Below, one piece after another: positions 9,749 to 18,873 of a stretch of DNA of 64,000 bases. The DNA comes from a virus (taxonomy: Duplodnaviria > Caudoviricetes): IMG/VR virus record IMGVR_UViG_3300033463_000093, positions 1 through 64,000 of that record, one strand, 5' to 3'. A program made the position numbers and the translations under genes. The notes below the pieces were generated by a model that saw nothing but the letters and a program-made list of their open reading frames with translations, did not search any database and had not been told where the DNA came from. Positions within the stretch are counted from its first letter, which is position 1. The number at the start of each line of letters is the position of its first letter.

Positions 9749-10159
9749 CTATTCCTCCTTATGTTTGTTTTCAAACAACTCACACGCTTTATCACTTAGA
9801 TTGACACAATAGTTCCTCTTAATTTTCTTCCCCCAAGTGCGTGCATCACAGAGATACATTTTGAGCCATCCAGACGGGTGACGAACACAATGTACACAGT
9901 TCCTACATCTCAGAGCTTTCTTCTTCTCTTCCTGTTCAAGCAGCCATCTTCGTTTGATTTCAGCTCTCAGTTCTTCTGTTGTAATTACTTCTTTCTCCAA
10001 GTCCACCTCTTTCACTTCAAGGGTGTCAAGAAAAGAAAGTAAACTTCCACAAACATATCTCTTCCCGAATACTTCATCCGTAAATGGTTCATAGTTTGTT
10101 TCGTGTTTTATTCTTTCTATCTCCGCTACTAAAGCGGATTTGTCAATATACTGTTTCAT
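9749..10159 (-). CDS. Hypothetical protein
   Basis: YIDKSALVAEIERI..LLSFLDTLEVKEVDLEKE; CRNCVHC; start re-called. Confidence 0.65.
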   Translation of the reverse strand: MKQYIDKSALVAEIERIKHETNYEPFTDEVFGKRYVCGSLLSFLDTLEVKEVDLEKEVITTEELRAEIKRRWLLEQEEKKKALRCRNCVHCVRHPSGWLKMYLCDARTWGKKIKRNYCVNLSDKACELFENKHKEE

Positions 10160-10340
10160 AACTATTTTTGTTTTAATTATGAGGGAATCTGAAGAATCGA
10201 ACTCCACATAACAAGATATAAGCACCTTCACTACAACAGAACTTTTAGAAAGAGAGTGCTTCTGCTGGTAACATCCTTATACTTCTGTTGATTCAGCTCT
10301 CGTTAGTCACCAAGAGATTCCCTACTATTTTTACTCCTCC

Positions 10341-10703
10341 TTATACTTTAATTTCCTTTTCAATGCCACAAAGTTTGATGGCGTGCTGTAGTTCATGAAC
10401 GTACATACAAGTAACCAATTCGCAAGTACCATTATCAGAGTGAATTTTTAATATAGTTCCACACCAAGATATTGAAAATTCGTCAGTATCAAAACATAGC
10501 CATCCGTCCCAATCTTCAAACCCATTCTGCTCCAATATCTCAGGAGTAAGAGGAATAGGCTCTATTTCATCGTATCTTAACGGAAACGCAGCCTCGGTGT
10601 AAACACTATTGCTATCAATATTGGTCACCGTAGTATTGTGCTGAGTTAACTTAACCATTACCCAATCCCCAATCATGATTGATCTACAATCTAACTTCTC
10701 CAT
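10341..10703 (-). CDS. YopX-like phage protein
   Basis: MIGDWV..IEPIPLTPEILEQNGF..VHELQHAIKLCGIEKEI. Confidence 0.6.
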   Translation of the reverse strand: MEKLDCRSIMIGDWVMVKLTQHNTTVTNIDSNSVYTEAAFPLRYDEIEPIPLTPEILEQNGFEDWDGWLCFDTDEFSISWCGTILKIHSDNGTCELVTCMYVHELQHAIKLCGIEKEIKV

Positions 10704-10705
10704 AA

Positions 10706-12106
10706 CTATCCTCCTATTTCTTTTAGTCGCTCATATAATTCTCTCAAAAGACTTACCTTATAAATCCCTCCATTGGCAGCATTGTTCAGATTGTCAAGAT
10801 GTTCCTCACTCGGCTTCCACTGCTTCTGAGGACGGAGGGATTTGAGCCAATCAACACATCTATCTCTGTCAAGTTGTACACAAAATCCAGCGCGTAAAGC
10901 ACTGTCTATAATATCAGTAGATAGTCTAATACATTTCTCATCCTCTTTATTCCGCTCATGTTGTGGTTGTACTCTGTCTTTGAGGGATTTGAGCCAGTCT
11001 TCTGCATACCAGAGATTACCCATATCATTTTCATCTTTGGCAATAGTTCTTGCTTGTTTTATCGCCCACAAAGCATCATTTAAACCAGCTTCGTCCTCTT
11101 CACTCCACTCTTGCTTTGGCTGCTCAATCTTTTTCAATTCTTTCTTTTCAAAGTCAAAGGTATATCCAGCTTCGTGCATCTTTTGGAATAAGAGGTCACG
11201 CTGTTCTTTGGTTGCGGGTTCTAAATCCATTTCACTAACTATACCATAATCAGCAGGGTCGGTTCCTGTAAACTTATTTTTATTTATCCAAAAATCACAA
11301 TAAACCTTTATCCATCCACAAGTTTGTGACTTGAATATTAAAATGGTATTAGTTTCATTTTCATATAATACATCCCCATCCTTTGCATCTTGGATAGTCC
11401 AGAGCATTGCGTTTTCCATCTTTTTAGAAGAAAGCCATGTTCCTTTTGTAAACCAGTAATGAAAAGTTCCATCAAGCACAGTGTCTATACATGATATTTG
11501 TAGTGTTTTGCCATTTCGTACCACCCAGTCACCAATCTTAAACTTTGGTTCAACCTTATCAGCAGGTTTCTGCTCACCTTGATTTTCAAAGGATTTAATA
11601 TAATGTTCTCCCTCTTTCCAATGTTTAACGATATAGTCTAATTGGCTACCGTGTTCAGTATTACAAACGCCTTTAGTAAGTTCTTTCCAATAATTACCAA
11701 GCTCCCATACATTACGAATAATTTCTTCTAACGGAATGATTTCTTCACTTTGCTTTTCATCTTTCTTTGCTACTCTATTAAGTTGGGAAAGATTGACAAG
11801 CACACCATCCTCGTTCTTTGTTACCTTGTCACCAACTTGGATAGAGTCACGGAACTTTTTATGCTCTGCTTGCTCTTCAAGATAAGCAATAATATCCTTA
11901 ACTGGCATACCGTTCCATTCTTCCTTTGTCTTGTTCCTGAAATGATAAAGAAGATGTTTACTTATCCTCTCATCATCGCTCTCTGTGAGTTCTGGAAAGA
12001 TTGATTCATAATCTTCCATGTCTGATGTATATTCATTGGCTTTTGCCTCGTTATATAATTTACGGGCAGTCGCTAAAGCTTTTTCGTACTTTTCTTTGTA
12101 GTCCAT
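10706..12106 (-). CDS. Modular hypothetical protein, MDYKEKY family (466 aa)
   Basis: Concatenated modules incl. PKFKIGDWVV, WTIQDAKDGDVL, PATKEQRDLLF, WSEEDE. Confidence 0.8.
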   Translation of the reverse strand: MDYKEKYEKALATARKLYNEAKANEYTSDMEDYESIFPELTESDDERISKHLLYHFRNKTKEEWNGMPVKDIIAYLEEQAEHKKFRDSIQVGDKVTKNEDGVLVNLSQLNRVAKKDEKQSEEIIPLEEIIRNVWELGNYWKELTKGVCNTEHGSQLDYIVKHWKEGEHYIKSFENQGEQKPADKVEPKFKIGDWVVRNGKTLQISCIDTVLDGTFHYWFTKGTWLSSKKMENAMLWTIQDAKDGDVLYENETNTILIFKSQTCGWIKVYCDFWINKNKFTGTDPADYGIVSEMDLEPATKEQRDLLFQKMHEAGYTFDFEKKELKKIEQPKQEWSEEDEAGLNDALWAIKQARTIAKDENDMGNLWYAEDWLKSLKDRVQPQHERNKEDEKCIRLSTDIIDSALRAGFCVQLDRDRCVDWLKSLRPQKQWKPSEEHLDNLNNAANGGIYKVSLLRELYERLKEIGG

Positions 12107-12107
12107 A

Positions 12108-12338
12108 TTATTCTCCTTTTAGTTGTTTAATAAGTTCCTTTGCACGATGCACTCTGTTTGCATGTAAGAAGGAATCGTCACAAATGATTTCCTCAAACAG
12201 TTTGAGAATAGCGTTTGCTCCTCTTTTGAACATAACAGTTGCTTCAATCTTTGCCATGTGCTTACCATCAAGTGATATCAGGATATACCCCTTTTCCTTA
12301 AGGCTTTCCTTTGCAAGTTGTTCTATTGTCTTTGTCAT
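12108..12338 (-). CDS. Hypothetical protein
   Basis: Packed ORF. Confidence 0.6.
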   Translation of the reverse strand: MTKTIEQLAKESLKEKGYILISLDGKHMAKIEATVMFKRGANAILKLFEEIICDDSFLHANRVHRAKELIKQLKGE

Positions 12339-12343
12339 AATCG

Positions 12344-12703
12344 TTACTTTTTCGTTTTTATTTTCTCATCGGAGGCAAAAACGACCATTTGCCTCCGATT
12401 TACATCTTCCTGCATAGCCTTTTTGAAGTCTTCAAACTGAAGATGTGACAAATCGGTGTGTTTGACAAGCCACTCGCAAGCCTTCTCGATGTCTACCAAC
12501 CCGTTGCGAATATGGCGGTCCGCCCATTCTGCTCCAAGCACAAAGTATCTCTTGAACGGAATCAGCTCGACACCGATCTGGTCGTTTGCAGCGAGCTGTA
12601 TCTGCTCCTTCCTCGTTATAACCTTTTCAATCATGTCATGGCAGGTTGTCGTTGGCGGAGCAGATGTCGTCGTACGCATTGCGTATTTTCCTAAACTCTT
12701 CAT
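12344..12703 (-). CDS. Hypothetical protein
   Basis: GAEWAD..IEKACEWL; true start probably MIEKVI. Confidence 0.55.
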   Translation of the reverse strand: MKSLGKYAMRTTTSAPPTTTCHDMIEKVITRKEQIQLAANDQIGVELIPFKRYFVLGAEWADRHIRNGLVDIEKACEWLVKHTDLSHLQFEDFKKAMQEDVNRRQMVVFASDEKIKTKK

Positions 12704-12818
12704 TGGAGAGTTCGTGAGAGTCGTGACGCCTGTACATGAGGTCGTCGAGCATGTTGCGAAGGTCCTGGATATGTTCCCTTGCCTTCCTGATGATGATTTC
12801 CTGTTGATAGTTTAACAT
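12636..12818 (-). CDS. Hypothetical protein
   Basis: Packed ORF downstream of the DnaC-like gene. Confidence 0.5.
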   Translation of the reverse strand: MLNYQQEIIIRKAREHIQDLRNMLDDLMYRRHDSHELSNEEFRKIRNAYDDICSANDNLP

Positions 12819-12843
12819 AACTGTATTTGTATTAATTGTTAGT

Positions 12844-13425
12844 TTATCCTCTTAATGACTGTCCCTTGAACAGGACGGTTGTAGTTATCGACCTGAGTCT
12901 GTCTATAGTACGCTCGCCGTATCTGTCGGCGATCTCCTTGAGCCCAAGATTGGTTGATGCAATGAGCAGCTTCTGCTTTCGCTCACAGAGATCGACAAGC
13001 TCGCGGAAGAAGTCGTGCTTCTCTCCGAACTGGTTCGCTATGTCCTCCGTTCCCACGTCGTCGACGGAGATAATCTTATACCGGCTTATCTCCTCATACC
13101 TTGCAGACAGCTCCGTTGCGGTCAGCGTGTTGACGATTAGGCCGTGCCAGTGCCGGAAAACGATAGGAAGGATCCTCTGCGTTATCAGGGACTTGCCCCT
13201 TCCGCAGTTGCCGTAGCACAGAATCCCACGGCTCTTGTTGTCGGCCATCCATTCCGCCACCGACTCGTATTCCGGCAGCCATTGTGTACTGTCGCCGCAG
13301 AAATGCACAAGGCCACGCATGAGCACACGCCTTGCGTCAGCCGTCTCTATGTGTACACGGGTGTCATCGGCACGGAATCCGCTGATGCGCTGGCTGTCTA
13401 TTATCTCCTTTAGTTCATTCACCAT
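12844..13425 (-). CDS. DnaC/IstB-like AAA+ helicase loader
   Basis: Walker A GNCGRGKS, Walker B ISVDDVG, ASTNL..RYGERTIDRL. Confidence 0.88.
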   Translation of the reverse strand: MVNELKEIIDSQRISGFRADDTRVHIETADARRVLMRGLVHFCGDSTQWLPEYESVAEWMADNKSRGILCYGNCGRGKSLITQRILPIVFRHWHGLIVNTLTATELSARYEEISRYKIISVDDVGTEDIANQFGEKHDFFRELVDLCERKQKLLIASTNLGLKEIADRYGERTIDRLRSITTTVLFKGQSLRG

Positions 13426-14156
13426 GATTTTAAGTCGTTTTCATATTTTTCCGGATTGTTGTCTTTCAGATCAAACCCAAGAGGGAGAGTGTCACGCTTC
13501 ATCTGATTGTTCTTCCATGTCCTGACGGCAGCCTTCCAGTCCTTTATCGGGTTATGGCCCTTTCCGTAGACCCAGCCAACCATCTCGTAATGGTCGAATA
13601 TCTTTTGTGCGTCCAGGTTATATCCCTTCTCGATGATATATGCCCTGATTTCCTCAACCGTAGGCTTGACGAACTTTGATGTCCTCTTTCGTTCCCCCTT
13701 GGGGGATAAAGGGGGATTATTCTTTTTAAGTTCTTCATTAAGACATGATATATAATTATCATTCTTATATGCGCGAGGTGTATCGTTTGGTGTATCGTTT
13801 GGTGTATCACTAACACACTCCAAATCCTTTGTAGACGGGCTTTTAGGTGTATCGTTTGGTGTATCGTTTGGTGTATCATTTAGTGTATCACTCACTGTAA
13901 AGACAGTAATTCCGTTAATCTTTGAGACCGTGATGTACCCTTCGTCTGACACGGCCTTTATGAACCTCTGCACCTTTGCGAGACACCACCTCCACCTGTC
14001 TGCGAGCGCACGGATGCTGACGGTAACCATTCGTGTCTTGAAGTCCGCCGACTGGTATATGTCTGTCAGCGCCTCATACTTGCTGAACACCCTTTTCTCG
14101 TTCCAGATGTCAGAAGAGAAGACCTTCCGTGGTATCTTTATAAATCCTTTGCACAT
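13419..14156 (-). CDS. Replication initiator (lambda O-like)
   Basis: N-terminal wHTH (SIRALADRWRW), internal DTPN repeats, C-terminal PTVEEIRAY..FDHYEMVGW..KDWKAAVRTW; adjacent to the helicase loader. Confidence 0.85.
   Translation of the reverse strand: MCKGFIKIPRKVFSSDIWNEKRVFSKYEALTDIYQSADFKTRMVTVSIRALADRWRWCLAKVQRFIKAVSDEGYITVSKINGITVFTVSDTLNDTPNDTPNDTPKSPSTKDLECVSDTPNDTPNDTPRAYKNDNYISCLNEELKKNNPPLSPKGERKRTSKFVKPTVEEIRAYIIEKGYNLDAQKIFDHYEMVGWVYGKGHNPIKDWKAAVRTWKNNQMKRDTLPLGFDLKDNNPEKYENDLKSW
13777..13891. repeat. Iteron-like 12-bp tandem repeats, putative ori
   Basis: GGTGTATCGTTT units in two blocks (13777-13810, 13846-13891; 7 GTGTATC cores) next to an AT-rich tract, inside the initiator gene. 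Confidence 0.7.
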
Positions 14157-14349
14157 GTTCTGTATCGCATAGCTCTTCGTATTCGCATTTTCTGTTGTTG
14201 TAGGTATCGAGTTCCTGATATAGTTCAGGGTGAGAGAAAAACTCAGAGAGTCTGTTGTTGGAGTAGTACGGGCAATGGTCGCGCACCCTGCATGCGTACT
14301 CGTTGAAGTTTCCGTCGAGGCGTATGCCCATGCAGTAGCCGACCATCAC
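14110..14349 (-). CDS. Small Cys-containing hypothetical protein
   Basis: YC..C..RDHCPYY..KCEY; GTG start. Confidence 0.55.
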   Translation of the reverse strand: MMVGYCMGIRLDGNFNEYACRVRDHCPYYSNNRLSEFFSHPELYQELDTYNNRKCEYEELCDTEHVQRIYKDTTEGLLF

Positions 14350-14768
14350 TTGTACGTCTGGTAGAACTCCTCGAAATACCTGTCCTCTGGAAGCGGCAGC
14401 GTTATGCCGAACTCAGTCAGCGCATCAGCCTGCACGTTGTCGAGGAACCATTTCATCTCCTCCTTGCTGAGCCTGCTCGTACCGCGTACCACGATCTCCG
14501 TGCTGCCGTTCCATTCGATGTCCTTCGTGAGGAACCTCTTGCAGTAGTAGTCGTGGACGTCCTGCCGCATCGTCCCCGTCTCCTGCTCTATGCATGTGAA
14601 CCACAGCCACATCAGCGAGTTCTGGTCGATGCTGCGCGGCTCCCTCGCACGGGTTATCGTCACCGTATAGGTCCCGTTACGCAGGAGTGAAAGCACGGCG
14701 GCAGGCTCCTTGGAATAGGAGACCTGGTCGCCCTGCTTCGTTATAGAGAAAGAGTGTACCTTTGCCAT
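14346..14768 (-). CDS. NinB/Orf-like recombination protein
   Basis: RSIDQNSLMWLW..DVHDYYC..GTSRLSKEEM..ITLPLPED. Confidence 0.7.
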   Translation of the reverse strand: MAKVHSFSITKQGDQVSYSKEPAAVLSLLRNGTYTVTITRAREPRSIDQNSLMWLWFTCIEQETGTMRQDVHDYYCKRFLTKDIEWNGSTEIVVRGTSRLSKEEMKWFLDNVQADALTEFGITLPLPEDRYFEEFYQTYK

Positions 14769-14771
14769 TTG

Positions 14772-15188
14772 TTAGAATGGTAATGTCGGGTCGTTCTGCG
14801 ACTCTGGAGCGTGTGTCTGTTGTGCGGCTGCCTGCTGGCTCTTCTGGGAGAACATCTCGATGTCGTACGGACGCACACGGGTGAAGACGTCCTGCTTTCC
14901 GGTGGTCTTGTTGGTGTACTTGGTGCCCTGGATGTCAAAGGTGACGGTCACGATGTCATCCTTCTTCAGTCCCTGCTCGACGAGGGTGTTGAGCTTGTCG
15001 AGGACCTTGCCTCCGAACTCAAGGAGCGGAGTGTTCTCGAAACCGCGCTCGCCCGTGTACTGGTCGTAGCGCGTGCAGTCCATGAAGAGCTTGCGCTTCT
15101 GCATCGGCTGCTTGCTTGGGTCGTTACTTGGTATAGTCTCGATTTCGCTGACGGCAATAACCTTGCCTGTAATTTGATTTTGTGCCAT
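14772..15188 (-). CDS. DUF3127-family ssDNA-binding-like protein
   Basis: ITGKVIAV..EFGG..VTVTFDIQG..FTRVR; acidic tail NDPTLPF. Confidence 0.75.
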   Translation of the reverse strand: MAQNQITGKVIAVSEIETIPSNDPSKQPMQKRKLFMDCTRYDQYTGERGFENTPLLEFGGKVLDKLNTLVEQGLKKDDIVTVTFDIQGTKYTNKTTGKQDVFTRVRPYDIEMFSQKSQQAAAQQTHAPESQNDPTLPF

Positions 15189-15223
15189 AGTGCAAATAAT
15201 TTAAAATAGTTTATTGTCAAACA

Positions 15224-15397
15224 TTACAATTCTCGATACAGATACGGTCTTGGTCTTTTCGACTGTAGGAACTTGTTGTAGACCACGACGCAGTTGTCAT
15301 AGTGGCACGGTGTGCATATTGGTTCACGAATACCAGAAAGTCTGTTCGTTGCAACGACTACATGATAGACGTTTTTGTCAGTTTTTTTCTTACTCAT
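15224..15397 (-). CDS. Hypothetical protein (57 aa)
   Basis: Manual translation MSKKKTDKNVYHVVVATNRLSGIREPICTPC... Confidence 0.45.
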   Translation of the reverse strand: MSKKKTDKNVYHVVVATNRLSGIREPICTPCHYDNCVVVYNKFLQSKRPRPYLYREL

Positions 15398-16299
15398 AAT
15401 ATTGTTATTTTTAGTGATCCGCTTCTGTTTGTTGTCTTGACGTATTTCTCGTACACCTCTGGCATCTCTTCCTTCAGGCGCTTCGAGTCTAATGTCTCTG
15501 ACTTGGTGGGCAGGACACGGGTGATCATCACCTTCTGTCCACGGAACGACTTGACGTCATTCGTTCCCATCAGTTCGTACAGGCCCTTCTTGAGCTGGTC
15601 CTCACGCTCCTTGCACTCCTTGAGCTGCTGCTCGATGCGGACCACCTCGTCCTCGACCTCTGACAGGCGTGCGGGAAGGCTCCCGTAGAGCATGTTCTGG
15701 TCGAACGGCTGGTCCGCAAGGTCTGCCTCGACGAGGCTTCTTATGACTTCCATGTCCATTATCTGCAACTCGCTAAGCTCTGCTATCGACGTGTCCTTGT
15801 TCGGCAGCCAGAGGACGTAGATGTGCTTGACCTCAAGCCCCGGGTTCTGTATCTCGAACAGCCATTTGTAGACGGAGAGCTGCAACTTGACGGACATGTA
15901 GTCGAGATCGTATGTCGTCTTTGTGTCGACAAGGCAGATCTCGTCATTCGCATTCTCCATCACGATGTCGATGGACGAGGCGTAGTTCTTCTCGTCGCTG
16001 ACGAGGTACTCGTTGGCGATGGTCGTAAGTCCGTGCTCCCCTTTCAGGCGCTCGTAGGATGCGATGCGCGGATCGTCGCTCTCGGTCTGGCCGAAATGGT
16101 CGTAGAACTCGATGGCCTCGTGCAGGGAGTGTCCTTTCTCTGCTGCGCGTGCCAGTCTCTCAGGGTCGACGTCCTTGTATTTGTCTGGGAACGCACGGTT
16201 TATGAGTGTGGATGTGACGCCTCTCAGGATGACGCCGTCGAGCGTATAGGTGTGAGTCGTCGCGTCAAAAAGGACTGGTGATTTTCTAAGATATCTCAT
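15394..16299 (-). CDS. PD-(D/E)XK exonuclease partner of the SSAP
   Basis: GVTSTLI..GHSLHEAIE..EYLVSD..ASSIDIV..LVDTKTT..QLSVY. Confidence 0.8.
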   Translation of the reverse strand: MRYLRKSPVLFDATTHTYTLDGVILRGVTSTLINRAFPDKYKDVDPERLARAAEKGHSLHEAIEFYDHFGQTESDDPRIASYERLKGEHGLTTIANEYLVSDEKNYASSIDIVMENANDEICLVDTKTTYDLDYMSVKLQLSVYKWLFEIQNPGLEVKHIYVLWLPNKDTSIAELSELQIMDMEVIRSLVEADLADQPFDQNMLYGSLPARLSEVEDEVVRIEQQLKECKEREDQLKKGLYELMGTNDVKSFRGQKVMITRVLPTKSETLDSKRLKEEMPEVYEKYVKTTNRSGSLKITIL

Positions 16300-17045
16300 T
16301 TCTGCACCTCCTTATACCTTTTGTTCATCGCGTCCTTGTATGGAGCATAGTTGTGCAGTCCTGGGACCTGGCTGTGTATCTTCTGCAAGGTCTCTATGTC
16401 CTTCGCGCCGTTGATGTCAGGGAGAAGCTCGAGCAATGCGTTCTCAAGCTCTTCCTTATCGAACAGGATTCCCTGCGGGTCCTGTTGTTTTGGTGCTGCT
16501 TTTGCCTTTGTGGATTTTGCAGGCTTTGGTGTAGCAGGTGCAGGAGCTGCATCTTGAATCGGGTCTTCGGGAAGATCTTCTCCGGCGTAAATGTATAGGC
16601 CAAGCCCGAACATGGCAAGATTCTTGACAAGGCAGCGCATAATCGTTTTGTTGATATCGAACATCGTAGCAGCCTGTACGGTCTTTGTTACATACTGATT
16701 CTTTTTGAAGTCCCATACCTGATACTGATATGCCTGCCTGCGCATCGCCTTATTAGCCCCGTCCATTACAGGCAGCCACATCTCATGCGTCTGTCCGTTG
16801 ATGGTGACCGTCGTCATGCACATCAGGCCGAAATCGGCATCCTCAATGTACGGACAGTTCCTCTCGTCCCTATAGATGGAGTATTCTGCATTGGGATAAA
16901 GCTTCTTTACCTCGGCCCATGCCCAAGGCCAACTCAAATAAGTGAGCTCTTTGTTACCTCCCGTTGGCTTCTTTTCCGTGTGTCCATTTACATTTATTGC
17001 ACTCAGCTGGGCGAACACACTTTTAATCGTAGATTCTTTACTCAT
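16296..17045 (-). CDS. Single-strand annealing protein, DUF1071/Sak3-like
   Basis: LTYLSWPWAW..MWLPVMD..DINKTIMRCLVKNLAMFGLGLYIYAGEDLP. Confidence 0.9.
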   Translation of the reverse strand: MSKESTIKSVFAQLSAINVNGHTEKKPTGGNKELTYLSWPWAWAEVKKLYPNAEYSIYRDERNCPYIEDADFGLMCMTTVTINGQTHEMWLPVMDGANKAMRRQAYQYQVWDFKKNQYVTKTVQAATMFDINKTIMRCLVKNLAMFGLGLYIYAGEDLPEDPIQDAAPAPATPKPAKSTKAKAAPKQQDPQGILFDKEELENALLELLPDINGAKDIETLQKIHSQVPGLHNYAPYKDAMNKRYKEVQK

Positions 17046-17065
17046 AATGTAAAAATTTTTAATTA

Positions 17066-17371
17066 TCACTTCCCTTTAAGGAATATAGATCCGTGCTTTT
17101 GCTCGAAGTCGCGGATTGACTGGCTTGTCCTGCCGTGTTCTGCCACATACTCGAGCCATTCTTTCTTACGGATGCGTCCGTCGCCCTTGCCAGCATTCTC
17201 AAGGTGCGGGTCCATTCTCCACGAGTTGCAGTATTCCGACGGATGCGTCGGCTTCCTGATGAGTGTGCAGAGACGCTCCTTCTCACTCTTGAACTCCTTG
17301 AACATACAGGAGGCGCAGCACACCACGATGCTGACTCCGAATCCGTTCTTAACTGTCTGTTTTTCTGTCAT
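17066..17371 (-). CDS. Hypothetical Cys-rich protein
   Basis: CCASC..C..YC motif. Confidence 0.65.
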   Translation of the reverse strand: MTEKQTVKNGFGVSIVVCCASCMFKEFKSEKERLCTLIRKPTHPSEYCNSWRMDPHLENAGKGDGRIRKKEWLEYVAEHGRTSQSIRDFEQKHGSIFLKGK

Positions 17372-17377
17372 AATTTT

Positions 17378-17563
17378 TTATTCTTGCTTTTTAGTCCATC
17401 CGTTGCACTTGTAGACGAATTTCTCCGCCTGTATCTTTGTCGGGAAATCGGCTATGAACTCGTCAATCCTCGCGCCGTCCGTACCACGTTTCCCGACCTT
17501 CCACACGCCGTAGGATGCGCGGTGCCTACCGTAGTAGTACTGTCCCTCTCTCAGTTCCGGCAT
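17378..17563 (-). CDS. Hypothetical protein
   Basis: Packed ORF. Confidence 0.6.
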   Translation of the reverse strand: MPELREGQYYYGRHRASYGVWKVGKRGTDGARIDEFIADFPTKIQAEKFVYKCNGWTKKQE

Positions 17564-17799
17564 GGCCTTACCTCTTTAGGGAACCTCTCGTCAAAGCGTG
17601 CCGCAATCTCGATGACTGCGGAGTACCACAGCTCGATCTCGTCGTCGAGGGACTTGACTGCCTCCTCCTCAGAGGGCTGCGGGTCTCCGTAGATGGTCTT
17701 GCCACGGAATGAGCCCCGTGCCTGGAATTTCGTGGGCTTGTCCTTGTGCCACGCCACGGGGTAGACGTCGAACAACGCCTGTTCATCTTTCTTTGTCAT
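17551..17799 (-). CDS. Hypothetical protein
   Basis: Packed ORF. Confidence 0.55.
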   Translation of the reverse strand: MTKKDEQALFDVYPVAWHKDKPTKFQARGSFRGKTIYGDPQPSEEEAVKSLDDEIELWYSAVIEIAARFDERFPKEVRPCRN

Positions 17800-17971
17800 G
17801 ATTCTTCAAGTTTTTAGAGTTTGTACGTTCGATTTTCTTCCTTATTAGCCTGAGCCTCCTCGCATAGTTGTACTCACGGAGAGACGGGCTGCCGTTCTGT
17901 ATGACGGAGACGCACCTGTCTATGAGGACGAGCATGCTGGCGTAGTCCGACTTGGAGATAGAGATTTGCAT
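17783..17971 (-). CDS. Hypothetical protein
   Basis: ISISKSDY..REYNYARRLRLIRKK. Confidence 0.55.
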   Translation of the reverse strand: MQISISKSDYASMLVLIDRCVSVIQNGSPSLREYNYARRLRLIRKKIERTNSKNLKNHDKER

Positions 17972-18120
17972 GGCCTATCCGTAATAGAACTCTGGATAAT
18001 CTTCCATGTGTGTCACATGTTCGCGCCGCATGGCGTCTGCGAACCTTTTGCTTTGTGCCCTGTCAGGGCCGTTGTGATTGTTGAATTTTGTCATAATTTT
18101 TTAGAGTTAAAGAAAAATTG

Positions 18121-18236
18121 TGCAGGAAGGGAGACTCGAACTCCCGTATCAGGACTTCAATTATGGCGAAGGAAATAAATGAATCTTATCAACTGACGTA
18201 TGTCGCCTGACACGTTCTGCCTTTCGGACTTCCTGC
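18121..18236 (-). ncRNA. tRNA-like RNA with an expanded anticodon domain
   Basis: Acceptor GCAGGAA/TTCCTGC + A, T-arm GGGAG-TTCGAGT-CTCCC, 7-bp stem TGTCAGG/CCTGATA enclosing 52 nt. Confidence 0.65.
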
Positions 18237-18478
18237 GGTTGCCCGTCTTTCCGGGCTGTCTTCAGGTAAGCTCCTGTTGTTTCGGTATAACATTGTTCCT
18301 GGGGACTTTCACCCCGCCCTATCCTTTTCGGGCTTATAATCGTTAGTCACTTGGCAGCCGTACGGCCACCTATATCTATTCTCGGTTGTAAATACTTTTT
18401 ACTTGGTATATAAATTCTGTGTCAATAAGTCAAAGAACGATCCGCCTCTTGCGTACGGCTGGCGGAGCCGTTGTCTTT

Positions 18479-18583
18479 TCAGTCAGTCCTGATCCACTCG
18501 GACAGGACTATCGCCGCCATCATGAGCGCCACGAACAACATCGTTACGATGAAGGACATTACCGTTTCCTTGGTCTCGTTCAT
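18479..18583 (-). CDS. 34-aa single-TM peptide
   Basis: MNETKETVMSFIVTMLFVALMMAAIVLSEWIRTD. Confidence 0.5.
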   Translation of the reverse strand: MNETKETVMSFIVTMLFVALMMAAIVLSEWIRTD

Positions 18584-18584
18584 G

Positions 18585-18863
18585 TCATTTGCTGTTTATG
18601 TATGCGAGATAGTTTTCTTTCAGCGTGTCCTCCTCGAAGGACCACCTTGTGCCAGGCCCCTCTCCGCTGCTGATGCCTCCGATGTAAGGTGCGATGCTGC
18701 GAAGCGTGTCCTTGGACAGCCCGAGACGTTCAGCCGCCTGTGCCGTCTTGAGGAGGCGTGACTTGCGTGGCGCCAGTTTCTCCATGCGCTTGAAGAACCT
18801 GTCGTCTGAGAGCAGCAGGTCAACCACGGCCTCTGCCGTACGATGTATTTCGTATTCAGTCAT
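18585..18863 (-). CDS. Excisionase-like HTH protein
   Basis: LLKTAQAAERLGLSKDTLR MerR/Xis-type HTH; start re-called at MTEYEI. Confidence 0.65.
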   Translation of the reverse strand: MTEYEIHRTAEAVVDLLLSDDRFFKRMEKLAPRKSRLLKTAQAAERLGLSKDTLRSIAPYIGGISSGEGPGTRWSFEEDTLKENYLAYINSK

Positions 18864-18873
18864 AGTGCGGGGA

